Of a stretch of 64,000 nucleotides of DNA, positions 24,601 through 37,429 are shown one piece after another (the stretch's first letter is position 1; every line of letters starts with the position of its first letter). A program made the position numbers and the translations under genes. This DNA is from Antechinus flavipes (lineage: Eukaryota), in contig NC_067400.1 in assembly GCF_016432865.1 (NCBI RefSeq), positions 620,558,001 through 620,622,000 of the forward strand. The letters are read 5' to 3'. Below the pieces are notes generated by a model. That model saw only the letters and a program-made list of their open reading frames with translations. It was not told where the DNA came from and made no database searches.

Positions 24601-25079
24601 AGCACACCCCTCCCATCTGGCACCCAGGAAAAAGAAGGTCAACAAGGAACAGGATTCTGAAGGATTTGAAGGATTTACAGTTTCAGAAACCTATGGATGA
24701 GGGTGGAATCTTCCTCCATCAGGGTGATGTGAACTATCTTCCCCTGTCAAGAAGAAGCCTGTCTGGCAATTATTAGATACAACTAATTCCCAGACTATCT
24801 TGTTGGTATAGAACGTGAAGATGGAACTCTTGTTTATCCCGCAAATCTCTGCATCTTTAGACAGATGTGGGACCTGGTCTGCCAGGTGCATCAATCTGGC
24901 TCCCTGAATCCTTCCACCTTTAAGCTCCTTGGCACTTCCTCTCCTCCTTGATGTCCCTTCCCTCTTGAGTTCATCTCTTTACACTTAGGAAACCCCCAAG
25001 GCTAGATTTCCCTCTATAAAAAGATGATCTTATATGACGAGTTTTGCTAAGTTCTTTTCAGAACTAAGCCCACTATGAG

Positions 25080-25413
25080 TTACTATATTTCCCCTCTCAT
25101 AGAGCCTTCCCTTTAATGGTACTTTTCTACTTACTCTGGCATGTCAAACATTCCATTCAATGGCTTATTTTCACTTCATGGAGTATTTCCTTTCTCCTGG
25201 TTAATTGTACCCTGGGAAACCTCTCTTTTTTCTTGCTGACTCTATGCTCTCCCAACTTTATTTCATATTTATCACTCCTGGTGCCTATTTTACTTCCTAT
25301 TTTTGTCTGTAACCTATTCCCCCAAATAAATCTGCTTTTTACCAAAGAGAGTGGCCATTGTGAATTTGTCACATATTTATTTTGAACTAGATATTACTAC
25401 CTCGACCTCATCA
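25080..25413 (+). mobile_element. Probable solo LTR of the same family
   Basis: AATAAA at about 25325, terminal ...gacctcatca, homology to 21300-21682. Confidence 0.55.
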
Positions 25414-25599
25414 GATGCAGAGCAAAAATCTATTTGCAACTTTATAAATAAGCGTCAGGGTATTTTCTAAGACAAAAGAGGTTAAGCATTTTTCTCAGTC
25501 ACTCAATTCATGTGTGTCCAAAGTCGGACATAAACCCATTTCTTACAGACAAGATTTATCACCTATTTGTATTCAAGCTCAACAAATTCTTTGAAAAAT

Positions 25600-25750
25600 A
25601 CACATGTTTAACCTATATTGGAATGTTTGATGTCTAGGGGACGAAGAGAAGGAAGGGAAAAAATTTGGAACCCAAGATTTTGCATGAGTAAATGTTGAAA
25701 ATTATCTTTTCATGTATTTTGAAAAATAAAAAAAAGCTATTATAAAAAAA
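25600..25750 (+). mobile_element. L1 3' end
   Basis: ggaagggaaaaaatttggaacccaag...aataaaaaaaagctattataaaaaaa. Confidence 0.8.
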
Positions 25751-26621
25751 ATTGTGAGCTTTAGAAGCTCACAAAGTGAATGTAAGGCAAAGGAGGGACA
25801 AATATTTGAGCAGTGACAAAATTCCATTCTTTCTTTACCTTTCTCTAGATAGGAATGAAGGCAGTGGATACAAAAAATGATGAGACATGGATACTTAGGT
25901 ATGAATTGTAGGGTATATGTAGGATTAAACTTTGTCATGGGGTGAAAGCTTTAGAGTATGCATAGCAAAGTAGAAGGGCCATCCTTCCCTTTCCTCCCCT
26001 GATCCAGGCTCTCCCAGCTCCTAGCTTTAATCAAGGACATAGTTTATCTCCCCAGAAGTGGCACCCCTTCCCCACTTCCACATGTGTTTATATCCATCAT
26101 ACTACTCTTTGCACCCTCAGTGCGGACTTACCTCCTTCTCGTGCCCTTAAGGGTCAGATTTCAGTTTTTCTCCAGCCAACAATATTAACTCTTTAATTCC
26201 CACCTTAGCATCTTGTGTGCTATCACATAGGATTGTGAGCATATGAGAGGCAAGAGTAGATAAAGAATAATACTCAGATTCAGGGAGGGGAGAGACAAAG
26301 GGATAGTTCATTTTCCCTTAGGAGAACCCAAGAAGGGGCAGTGTGTCTTCTCTTCCCTCCTCTCACTTATGGTACCATCCCATTTCTCCTGGGTCAGAGG
26401 ATGTTGCTTCCATCATCAACTTCCTTGGGGACTCCTAAAGTATCTCCGTTAATGAAGCTGGGAAGGTGAGACTTGTGCCCTTGAGCCCAGGCCTTGGTGT
26501 GCCACCTTGGCCCCAATACATATCCCCTTGGGGGTGGGAAATGAGAAAGTGGTGAATGGTGGAGTTTGCCGTGTAGTCTAAACCATAGGATTTCATCAAA
26601 GTTCTTAGGTACTGAAGAGTG

Positions 26622-26749
26622 NNNNNNNNNNNNNNNNNNNNNNNNNNNNNNNNNNNNNNNNNNNNNNNNNNNNNNNNNNNNNNNNNNNNNNNNNNNNNNN
26701 NNNNNNNNNNNNNNNNNNNNNNNNNNNNNNNNNNNNNNNNNNNNNNNNN
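26622..26749. other. Assembly gap (N run)
   Basis: 128 N bases. Confidence 1.
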
Positions 26750-26959
26750 TTGTACAGCAATGAAGCATTGGGGCAACTCAGATGACTGGTATAAAAATTA
26801 TGGTCATGGGAGTCTAGAGGAAGGTGAGATCTAGAAAGGAGTGTTATGGATGAAAAAAGCTATGGAAGATGATGATTCCTGGTTGGATCAGGAGGTTAGT
26901 CAACAAGACCACATCTACAATTGTGCTTATTTCAAGGAAGCACAGTCTGTCAAGGATAT

Positions 26960-27400
26960 ACTTGATAAAAAAAGGTGTGTTCAGCTAAGGATCTGGGAAC
27001 AAAGATGATGAAGGGAGTAGAAATCAAGCTTTATGAGAATCAATAGGAAAGGTGGATCTTTAGGCCAAAGAAGAGAGGAACAAGGACAGACACGGGAGAT
27101 ATTTTTGAATTTCTGTAAAATTTCATGTAGAAGAGTTCCTTTGTTTATTTGACTTGCCCAAGAAGAAATAATGAGGAATAATAGGTAGAGAATTCAGAAA
27201 GACCAAATTGGGCTTAGTAGAAGGAAAAACTTCTGAAGAATTTGAGTTGTGCCAAACTAGAGAGGGATTCTTGGCCTGTGCTTTCAAATAGAGGTTGGAT
27301 GACCACTTGCCAGTGACATTGTAGAGGGAGGTTTCATAATTCCAGTACAGGGTTGGCTAGAACACTTTTGAGGTCCGCTCAGATGACTCTGAAGTTCTAA
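26960..27400 (+). mobile_element. L3/CR1 3' relic
   Basis: aatagaggttggatgaccacttg and other CR1 3'-end motifs. Confidence 0.65.
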
Positions 27401-27729
27401 AAGGCCTGTTCAGTCTCCATGAGAAAGCATCATCATGCTTCGCATGTCTTGATTCTTGAATTTTAAAAAAATCCCACTTTTGAAGTCCTTTTTATCCTAG
27501 GGCCTTCACCTTCTTTTTTTTGTCTTTATCCTACACATGTATTTTTGTATACATGTTGTTTATTGTCTCCCTAATTAGATTATGAGCTCCTATAGGGCAG
27601 GGACTGTTTTTTGCTTCTTCTTGTATCTTTAGTGCTTTTCACAATGCCTGATGCAGTAGATGCTTACTAAGTGTTTATTGACTGACTGACTAATGAAACT
27701 GTGATGGAGGTGTGAATATTTCCCCCAAG

Positions 27730-28020
27730 AATGCAGATTTTAGCTTACCCATGTCTTCTCATTCTGAGAATCTTGTCCATGTCTTTTTACAAATCACCAG
27801 AGTTCATACAGCAATATGCAGTGTTCTCTCTTGACATTTTGTACCAGTGAAGTAGATGAGCTGACCACCTTTCATGTTTGCTTCATGACTGATGCATGCT
27901 TCTTCCTTTTTGCATTTATCCTTTATGGTAAGAATATCAATACAGATGTGGCTCAGTTTCCTTCATAGTTTGCCATTCATTGATCACTGGTCATGGAACT
28001 AACATTCAAAATATCACCAA
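27730..28020 (-). mobile_element. RTE LINE 3' ORF relic
   Basis: Minus strand cactggtacaaaatgtcaagaga...aagacatggacaaga resembles the end of the RTE ORF. Confidence 0.5.
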
Positions 28021-28676
28021 TTAAGTAAACAATTATAGATGGTCTAAAAATTGCATGATTTTAAATATCCTAAGTTCCTTTTCCTTCACTTTGGTCACCA
28101 TCTCAGTGGAAGCACAAAAACTCAGGGCCTTGATGTGTTTTTCTCTAGATACTTAGTTTTTAGGCCAAAGAATTCATCATCAATGAGTCAACATTCTGGT
28201 GATAAGATTCTCCTTACTTTGGTAGATTGGTCCTTGGGAATCACAGTCTATTGCTGGGATCTGAAAGTTTTCCAGGATAACCTTCTAGAGTTGGTCTACC
28301 AGTAGGTTTAGTTTTTGAGAACCCAGGTTACCAACCTGGTATAATAAGATATCAGAGTAAGACTTGGTGGTGGCTTTGTGTATGACAGTTGTTTAAGAAA
28401 TAATTATTAAATTGAATTGAGTTTGATGTTTAGGATGTTGAATATCATCTTGGCAAAGAACATGGAATTTTAAGTTAGGAAAACAGGGTAATGAATAGAT
28501 TTATTTGTTTACAATGTTATACCATTTGATAGAATAATGAATGATAATATTGGGAATGTAACTTGGGGCCAGACTATCAGGATCCTTGAGTGGCCCTCAA
28601 CCACTCAAACCTTTTTTATATGGGTTTGAATTTGAGCTTGTCAATTATGGGGGATATTTGAAATTTCTTGAACAAC

Positions 28677-28832
28677 GGGGCAGCTAGGTAGCACAGTGGA
28701 TAGAGCACCAGCCCTGAAGTCAAGAGAACCAGAGTTCAAATCTCATCTCAGACACTTAATACTTCCTAGCTGTGTGACTCTGGGCAAGTCACTTAATCCC
28801 AACCGCCTCAGCAAATTAAAAAAAAAAGAAAA
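28677..28832 (+). mobile_element. WSINE1-like SINE with perfect 16-bp TSD
   Basis: GGGGCAGCTAGGTAGCACAGTGGATAGAGCACC... plus poly(A); TSD AAATTTCTTGAACAAC at 28661-28676 and 28833-28848. Confidence 0.93.
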
Positions 28833-29059
28833 AAATTTCTTGAACAACAAAGATACTAGATCAGATTCATGTATTGAAAAGACAGATCTAGCAGAAGGGA
28901 TAGGGTGAATTAGAAGAAGGAGAAATTGTATGCAGGGCTATTGCTATTTATCAAAAGGCAATAAGGTTTGGTGGGAACAGTGAGGTAGGAAATGGGCAAA
29001 TATGTGATGGGCTTATATGTGCTAGAATATAAAGATCTTCAAAAACCAAATGACCAGCT

Positions 29060-29365
29060 AGCTGACTGACTTCCTTTCATCTGTAGCCTAAGAGTTCTGG
29101 AGACAGCTGCTACTAATTCAGTTACCCTTAAGGTCTACTACTAGTTTGCTGGGTTTAGTCTATCCCGGACTTTACTTCACTCTCACCCCCGTGAGCTAGA
29201 CTTTTCCTGCTGACCTTCTACATTGTATTTGGCTGGAAAATTGCTTCACTCCATCCTTTTGTTTGTTCTGCTACTCCAGAATTTCTTTGAGGTGTTATTT
29301 AATGTTTAAAAGGGAATTTGGGAAAGCTCAAATGAGTTACTACTACCTTTACTATGCCATCCATC
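29060..29365 (-). mobile_element. L1/HAL1 5'UTR fragment
   Basis: Similar to 46650-46808 (gggaatttgggaaagctc...tactatgccatc). Confidence 0.6.
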
Positions 29366-31309
29366 ATCCACTTTCTGTAATAGTGACTTTTTTTTTTAAT
29401 CATCAAAATTATTTAAGCAAAGATTAGATAAATACTAACAGGGGATATGGTATAAAAAATTCCTGATAAGATACAGTTAGTAAATTTTCTCTGATATAAT
29501 GTCCAATTCTTAAATTCTGTGATTCACTGATTTGACTGATTCCTTTTTGAGTATATCCCATTGAACACATTTTTCTTTGAATTACAAGGTGGCTTTATAG
29601 AGAGGTCATGGTTTGGAATTTTGGTCATCCTTTATGGATTATCCTCTATGATGTCATGGAAATTTGGTAGCATCCCATGTTTTTTGATACAGTCACATAC
29701 TCTTTGGTTCAGAGCAGGAAGCCACATAAGTGGAGAAATTAATTAAAAATGAAGAAGGGGTTGTAGTCAACTTAGTTATGGTAGGAAAACTTGTTTTAAG
29801 TAGTATGGACCAAAAATTATCTGGCAGATATCCTTGAGCAGTGATGGTAGAGGGAAGACTTAGGAAGAAGGAGAGACATTTTTTCCTCCATGAAAGAATG
29901 GGAACTCAGGCAGCAACTATCCTTGGATTCAATAGTAGGAATCCTTAAGATGAGAGAAGATAGAAGTTATCTGTCAGTGGAAAGTGGAAAGAAGAAATTT
30001 CAGACTATGCCATTTTTATGGAAAAAGAACAAGAATCTTTGCATAATACAGACTCCTTAGATCAAGGGGAATGAGTTAGGGGAAGATTTAAAGGAAAGTC
30101 TGAGGCAATGAAAAGAGGGGTATCAGGTAATAATAATATAGTGATCACTAAAGTAAGAGATAGAGGTGTAAAGTGGGCAGGGGGGAAGAAAACAGGAATT
30201 TGTTGAAATGGTACTGAAAGTATACAGGGAAGGAAAATTAGCTGAGCTAGAATTAGGCAGGGGAACAGAAATAGGCATATGGAGAGAAGTACAAAAGGGT
30301 AAACTAAGCTGAAAAGGCTTTGATGTGTTTGTTATTTGTGACTGTGCTTCTCTTTAATGAATACAATTCTGCATTTCCATATTTTATATCTTTATCTGTC
30401 CTATAATAAAAGTTTGAAAGGATTTGAACTAGATTGTAGAAAATAGGAAGTGGGTTGAGGAAGACAAATAGATGGCAATAAATTTTCAGAGAATAGGAAA
30501 TTAGCAGGCAGAATAAAAGTCAGTCAGGAATATCAAGAAGAAGGCTAAAGAACTCAGTGAAATTAAGGCAGAAGTGTCTGGAGAAGAGGGAATAATGAGG
30601 GTGTGAGAATGTCTCATTTTGCTGGTAGAACTTGATCATGAGAATGAATTCTAACTGATAATATTTGATTAAATCTGGACCCCACCATCACAATGCCCTA
30701 CTTTCATATCCAATTCAGTAATCCAATAAACATTTGTGAAGAACCCATTATGGGCCAGGCGCTGTGCCCCAAACTCTCAAGTCTCTATTTAATTTAATTT
30801 GGGAAATATGAAGTTATTATTTTCAGAAAATTTCCTGAGTTAGATTAGATAAAGATGCTGGGAAATCATGAAGCTGGAAATATGGAGGAGCTCCTGCAGG
30901 GCAAGACAATTTTCCTTTAATTTTCTTGGCACTTTCAATGTTGAAGGCAACATCTATTCAGAAGAATACTGGGAGGTAGATGGTGGCAGGAAGATGGAGT
31001 GGATTCTAGTGGTGAGCTTGGAATCAACCAGCAGGAAGAGAGAGACAATCACATTGCCTGAAAGTAGTATAGGGCCATGTGATTGAGAGGAAAGATTTAT
31101 TTTTCATGACATAATGCTGGACCCAAGTTTTTATGAATTAGGTCATTCAACTGAAATTTCATTTGACAGAATTTCAAGTACTTGCCCAGTTTCCCCCCAC
31201 CATGATGTATATAGTTCCCCCTCTTGAGACCACTTTCTCAATTTGATCTTGTACATAGAAGTTGGGATCCAAAAGGACAGCACATTGCTGCTTACTTCCT
31301 GTAGGATTC

Positions 31310-31555
31310 TATGCAAGATAGTGTTATTTTCTAATATGCAAGACAGTATTATTTTCTAATATTTTTGCTCATGATCCCCCATCAGTGTCTTTTCTATTAA
31401 TTATCAGCCAGAGTAATGTGACTTTTAGAAAGGACAATATTTTAGAAATAGATATTCTAATATTATTGCTCATGATCCCCCATCAGTTCTTTTCTATTAA
31501 TTATCAGCCAGAATAATGTGACTTTTCGAAAGGACAATATTTTAGAAATAGCTAT
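31310..31555. repeat. Compound tandem duplication: 2 x 25 bp followed by 2 x about 101 bp
   Basis: 25-mers at 31310-31334 and 31335-31359; long units start at 31354 and 31455, differing by a few substitutions and one indel. Confidence 0.95.
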
Positions 31556-32574
31556 TGCATGAGCAGTTGTTAATAGAAATGTCCCTACAACATGAGGTTC
31601 ATTCTCCTCTTGCTTACCTATTCTTATAAACCTATGTTGGTTCAAACTTAGAGGGATATCTAGACAAAAGACATACCCATTACTCTTTGTTATTAGCCAT
31701 CCTTTTCTCTCTTTTTGGAATCTTCATGGAATATCTTTTAGGTGTTGCTATCTATTCAGCTTCAGGAATCAGTGTCCTTGTAAAGGATTTCCTCACTTGT
31801 TCTGGATAATTCTCTCAATCAATCAGTGCTATTTCAGGGACACTGCTATCCACTATGATAAGAGATCCAGCTCTTCTAACCTATCAATATTCACAGTGCC
31901 CTAATCTTTTTAATAGTGTAGGAAGAAGGGAGTGAATTTCTTTTCAGGAGGACTTCACGACTGAATTCAACCATCACTCTACTGACTTGCTACTGGAATG
32001 TGAGATTTCAAACTAGTTTGTTGTGTTATATTAGGAAGAATATCCTTTTTCTTTCAGCAATAAAAAGATTTATTTTAATGTATTGGGTCATCTAGTTTTT
32101 TGCAGTAATAAAGAACTTTAGCAAAATGGTTAAGGAGTTATTCAGATCTAAAGCCCACCTTTGATAGATTTGTTCAATCTAGCTGACTAGGCTTTCTATG
32201 AGTATATTAATTTGAATGGGAATGGAAACTCACAATTACATGTATATAAGTCTGCTTTGAAATATCATTGGACATATAAACCTGATCTTATATTGATGTT
32301 ATATGTTCATTGATTTAATCAAGATAATGTGAAATTTATGTTTAAAAACAAACAATCCAACAACCTTGGTGGGTTACAAGGGCAAAGTGATAGGTTTTTT
32401 AGGATAAATTACTTAATATGTGGATGATATGGAGTTGGGAGAAAGAACTAACACATTGGGCAGCAGAATCATTATCCAAAATGATTTTAAGTGATAGGAC
32501 AAATTGAATAAAAAATGAAATGTTATTGTGATGAAAAGTAGAGACCTATACTTGGGAAAAAATAACTCATAACA

Positions 32575-33520
32575 CAAAATGCAATAAGTCATTATTGATT
32601 AGAAAAATCCAAATGAAAATTACTCTGAGGTACCACCTCATACTCTCAGATTGGCTAACTTGACAGAAAAGGAAAATAACAAATGTTGGAGGTGATGTGG
32701 AAAAATTTGGAGGTACTGTTTGTGGAGTTGTGAACTGAGCAACCATTTTGGAGAGTAATTTGGAATTATTAACAAAGTACTATTAAGCTGTGCATACCCT
32801 TTGAACTAGTAATACCACTACTAGATTTGTATCTTAAAGAGAGAAAAAATGGAAAATACCTATATGTACCAAAATATTTATAACATTTCTTTTTATGATG
32901 GCAAAGAACTAGAAATTGAGGAGAGCCTCCATCAATTGAGAAATGGCTGAACAGACTGTTTTATATTATTGTGATGGAATACTATTATGGCATAAGAAAT
33001 GATGAATAGGATGCTTTCAGAAAAACTTGGAAAGATCTACATGAACTGATTAAAAGTTAAATGAGCAGAACCTGGAGAATATTGAACACAGTAATTGCAA
33101 TATTATACCATCAACTGTGAGTGACTTAGCTGTTCTCAACAATACAAAGATCCAAGAGAATTCTAAAGGACCTACTATAAAAAGTGCTATCCACTTCTAG
33201 AGAAAGAATCGATGGAATCTGAATGCATATTAAGGCATATTGTTTGTGGGTTTATTAACTTTATTATTATTGGTTTTTTGGGGGGTAGGTGGGTATTTTC
33301 TTTCAAAATAGGACAAATAGGGAAATAAGTTTTGTATCATGTATAACCTTTACCCAATTTCTTGCATTCTCAATGAGGGAGTAGGGAGGGATGGTAGGAG
33401 AGAATTTAGAACTCAAAACTGTAAAAAACAAAACGTAAAGAACCCCCAAAGCCCAAAGATTAAAACTTGTTTTTACATGTAAGTAGAAAAAAATTAAACT
33501 TTAAGAACTTAAAAGAAAAT
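32575..33520 (+). mobile_element. L1 ORF2 C-terminus plus 3'UTR, inserted into an L3 relic (about 32100-32570 and 33530-34360)
   Basis: ctgaggtaccacctcata (LRYHL motif) through the 3'UTR; CR1-like sequence on both sides. Confidence 0.85.
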
Positions 33521-35150
33521 ATAGGAGTTGAGAGGAAGAAAATATTAGTGAGTTCTGAAAATTTGGGGGATGGTTTCATGATTTTGGTGTGATAAGCTAA
33601 ATTTTGAAAATGTAGTGTGTGTGTGTGTGTGCGTGTGTGTGCTCATTTCTCATTTAATAGGTCCAAGAACCATTATAACTATCAGACACCAAAATTTGAT
33701 CAGTTTGATCACAAGGTTTGAAGATTATAGTCCATTTTTTTGGGGGGGGGGAGGGAGATTCAATTTTATTATTCTCCTTTTAGTAAGAAGCACTCATCTT
33801 GTGAATAATCAGAATAGAGGATACATGTCAACCATCTATTTCAAAATGGACCATGAACAGATGGTCCTCCTTCCTCTTATGGTGCTAGAGTCTTATTCTC
33901 CTTTACCCTGGTCAGAAGGGATGCTAACAAATAGGAACATATCCTGAAGAGGGAAGTCACAATAGTGAGGGAAATAGATTCTATGTGATATGAGGATTAG
34001 TGGAAGCTCTTGAAGATTTGCCCTGGGAAAGAGGTAATATGGGGGTAATATTCATCACTATCTAAATAATTGATACTCTATCATAAAGAAAGAAAAATTA
34101 GACATATTATGTTTGTGATCAGAAGTTAAGAAACTAGAGCTTTGGGTGGAAGTTGTGGAAATGCAGATTAACACTTTGCAACAAGATCTTCCAAAACATC
34201 AATACTCTACCAAACTGGAATGAACTGTCTTGTGAAGAAGTAAGTTCCTCCATTTGTGAAGATTTATAAAAAAGAATGGTGGCTAGAAATGCTATAGAAA
34301 TGGTTTATATTTAGGCAAAGGGTGAAAGTACTGTTTCTTTTAGCTCAGATATTCTACGTCTCTGCATGGGGAATGGAGAGGACTGCTAGAAATATCCTAA
34401 TATTTGAAAGACTGCCTATAGTTTCAAAAATCTAGGGTTTCCAGATACTTTTAAGGGCAGGCTCTAAGCTAAGAAGGGAGAACTGTCTGATGTGCTGACC
34501 AAATTGTCTAATGTGCTTACACTCAGGGATTGCACCTAGGTAATATGAGGACTTTTAATGTTTCAGAGAACACTCTAGGGAAAGCAAGAGGGATTAAAGT
34601 GCCAATTTTAAGAGAAGTGATAGTTGATAGTGCTTGTTTTGATAACTCCTTGAAAAGTAATCAAGGACTGTAACTTTCAAAGGCTCTGAACTATTTTCAT
34701 TAAGTTGTGTTTCAAAGTGTCATGATCAGAGGTATTCTTCTAACTTCAGAATTTAGGGAATCCAGCGACTTAGGTGTCCACAATGAGTCCAGTATTAATA
34801 TGGTGGTCACTCAGAGACAAGGGCTGATCTGACTGCCTAGGAAGGAGATAACTAGTCCAAGTTGCAAAGAGCACACATCAAAGCTCCTATAATCTTCAAT
34901 AATCGGTTTGGACCATTGATTGTCTGCTACACATCCAGCTTGGGTGATACATCTATCTATCTATTTATCTATCTATCTAGAGATAGAGAGATTCAGTCCA
35001 AACAAACAAATCAACAAAGTGGAATAGAACAAATAATCCTGATAATTGAAGCCAACGATTGCCTTGATAACCACTATCACTTTCATTTTCAATAGTTATA
35101 TTTTAACAATCTTTATTTAGGCTATTGAAAAGGGATCCAAAAATCTCTTA

Positions 35151-36086
35151 CTAGGGGACATTCTTCTCTCCTAATAGTTTCTGTAAGGCCCCTTTCACGT
35201 CCTTGTTCCGAAGGCTATAGATAAGGGGGTTGAGCATGGGTGTAACAACGCCATAGAGCATGGCGATAATCTTGTCTCTGTCCCTGCTGGCTTTGTCCTG
35301 GGGCATCATATACATGAAAATAGCTGTACCATAGAAGATGGTTACCACAGTAAGGTGGGAGCTACAGGTAGAAAAAGCCTTCTTTCTGCCCTCAGCTGAA
35401 TTCATTTTCAGCACAGCCACAAGAATACGCCCGTAGGAGGCGAGGATGAAGGCAAAGGGTGCCAGTAGAGTTAGGAAACTAGTCATCACAATCCACAATT
35501 CATAGGTTCGCAGATCATTGCAAGCTAGTTTGAGGATGGCCAGGAGTTCACAAGAGAAGTGGTTGATGATGTACCGGCCACAGAATTCTAATGGCATAGT
35601 CAGGACTGGGACCACGGTGAGAAGAAAAGCTGAGACCCAGGATGCTCCCGCCAACTGGGCACAGAGCTCGGGACCCATCCTCACAGGGTAGCGTAAAGGG
35701 TCGCCGATGGCTACGCAGCGGTCATAGGCCATGACAGCCAGCAGAAGACACTCTACGACTCCCAGGTAGAGACCCACACACATCTGGGTCCAACACTGGC
35801 CCAGGGAGATGATGGGGATCTTGACTAAACAGTTAATGATCATCTGAGGGACACTAGCAGAAGTGTAGCAGATGTCCAGGAAGGAGAGGTTGCTGAGGAA
35901 GAAATACATGGGGGTGTGGAGCCGGGAATCGTAGTGGATCAAGAAGAGAATGAGAATATTCCCCAGCAAGGTGACGAGGTAGGACACCAGCAGTAGGCAG
36001 AAAAAGATGACTTGAGCCCTGGGATATTCCGAAAGCCCAAGCAGAAGGAAATAGGTCACAGCTGTGTTATTTCTTCCATCCATCAT
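35151..36086 (-). CDS. Olfactory receptor, family 13 (OR13H1-like), intact (311 aa)
   Basis: NNT glycosylation site, LHTPMYFFLSNLS, MAYDRC, NHFSCE, KAFSTCSSHL and PMLNPLIYSLRN. Acceptor ccatttAG (36112-36111) lies 24 nt upstream of the ATG; AATAAA on the minus strand at 35117-35112. Confidence 0.97.
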   Translation of the reverse strand: MMDGRNNTAVTYFLLLGLSEYPRAQVIFFCLLLVSYLVTLLGNILILFLIHYDSRLHTPMYFFLSNLSFLDICYTSASVPQMIINCLVKIPIISLGQCWTQMCVGLYLGVVECLLLAVMAYDRCVAIGDPLRYPVRMGPELCAQLAGASWVSAFLLTVVPVLTMPLEFCGRYIINHFSCELLAILKLACNDLRTYELWIVMTSFLTLLAPFAFILASYGRILVAVLKMNSAEGRKKAFSTCSSHLTVVTIFYGTAIFMYMMPQDKASRDRDKIIAMLYGVVTPMLNPLIYSLRNKDVKGALQKLLGEKNVP

Positions 36087-37429
36087 GTTTCCTCTTTTTT
36101 TTTTTAACCACTAAATGGAAAAACAATAGAATAAGCTTCATTGGATCACAAAGTGCTTTTCTCCTATCACAAGTTGCTCTTCCCCTATTACAAGGTGCTC
36201 TTCCCCTACATTTTGTATCTTCAGACCAGATCAGATAATATGGATCATTCACTGTATAATATTTGCTAAGTCTCTGGGCTTCCATGAAAATTTTTATACA
36301 TCCATAGAGTCTTCCTGAAGTGCTGAGGACAGAAAAATTTGTGGCCAATCACGTGGTGGCCATCCATGATGCCTCAAGGCCCATGGGAAAAGGGACAAAA
36401 TACTTAACAAATATGGTTTTCTAATGATGGATATCCACTCCATTGCTGAGTTTTTAATTGTGAATGTTCTACCTTGGTAGGATCTGAAAAATTTTGTATT
36501 ACAAAGAAAACATCTATGCTAGCCTTCACAATTATGAGCTTTTCATAGAATTAAGGGCGTCACAATGGTACAGCAATGAATACTGACTATAGTTCAGATT
36601 GTTGTTAAGTTGTTTCAGTCAGACACTACTCATGATCCCATTGGCATAGATAGCAGTGGCTTGCCATTTCCTTCTCCAGTTTCTGGGAAAAGTCAGGAGT
36701 CTCAGTTCCTAAGTGCAGTTCCATCACTAATTTGTTGTGGCTTTGGGAAAGGTATCCTAACTCTCTGGGCTGGAGTTTTATTAAACTAATAATAAAGGTA
36801 CCAGTGAAATGGGTCTCCATCAGTACCTTTAGCTCTAATATTCTATGACAGATAATTCTATGTGAGCCATACCACAGCCTTCAAAGGGAGGAGCACAAAT
36901 GTTATCATCATGTGGTACAGATGAGAAAACTGAAGAGGAAATTTTGCCAGTGTGGTCATGGTAGAAGTGTAGTATTTAAAATGTGCATCCTACTTATCAA
37001 AGCTGCTATCTCCTTTTCACCTTTTTCTACTTTCTCACCTGCATGTAGATAGAAATCTTCATCCACTTTGACAACAATTACAATTTAGAAGATAGAAACT
37101 TCCAACTGTCCCTTAAGTAGGATACATTGTCCCAAGTCACTGGGGTACTCCTGGTCAAATGGAGAGAATATTAGGCTTGGAGCAGGATTGAAGTTCTAGA
37201 CTTAACTCATTGCTAATGTATAATATTCAACTCACCTACTCTTTCAGAGCCTCAATTTCCTCATTTGTCTGAATGCTAAATCCAGGAAGACCTGAATTCA
37301 AGTATAGTCTAAGACCCTTGATAGAGTCATCTAACACCTGTCTACCTCAGTGTACTAATTTTAAAAATGAGAATAATAATAACAACTTCTCAGAATTATT
37401 GTAAGGATCAAATAAAAATATGTAAAGCA

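Noticed and set aside
24689-24887. Protein-looking plus-strand frame (TIFPCQEEACLAIIRYN*FPDYLVGIEREDG...) as a pseudo-exon
   Set aside because: Two stops in about 66 codons is close to random expectation, the splice sites are weak and I recognise no homolog.
21300-25413. Two related LTR-like segments as the ends of one provirus
   Set aside because: The intervening DNA contains old MIR- and L2-like relics and no gag/pol/env-like sequence, and the two LTRs are quite diverged. Independent solo LTRs are more likely.
26394-26834. ORFs spanning the second gap and a possible plus-strand exon ending GAAG|GTGAGA
   Set aside because: ORF length is inflated by N codons, and the plausible exon frame hits TAA after about 12 codons.
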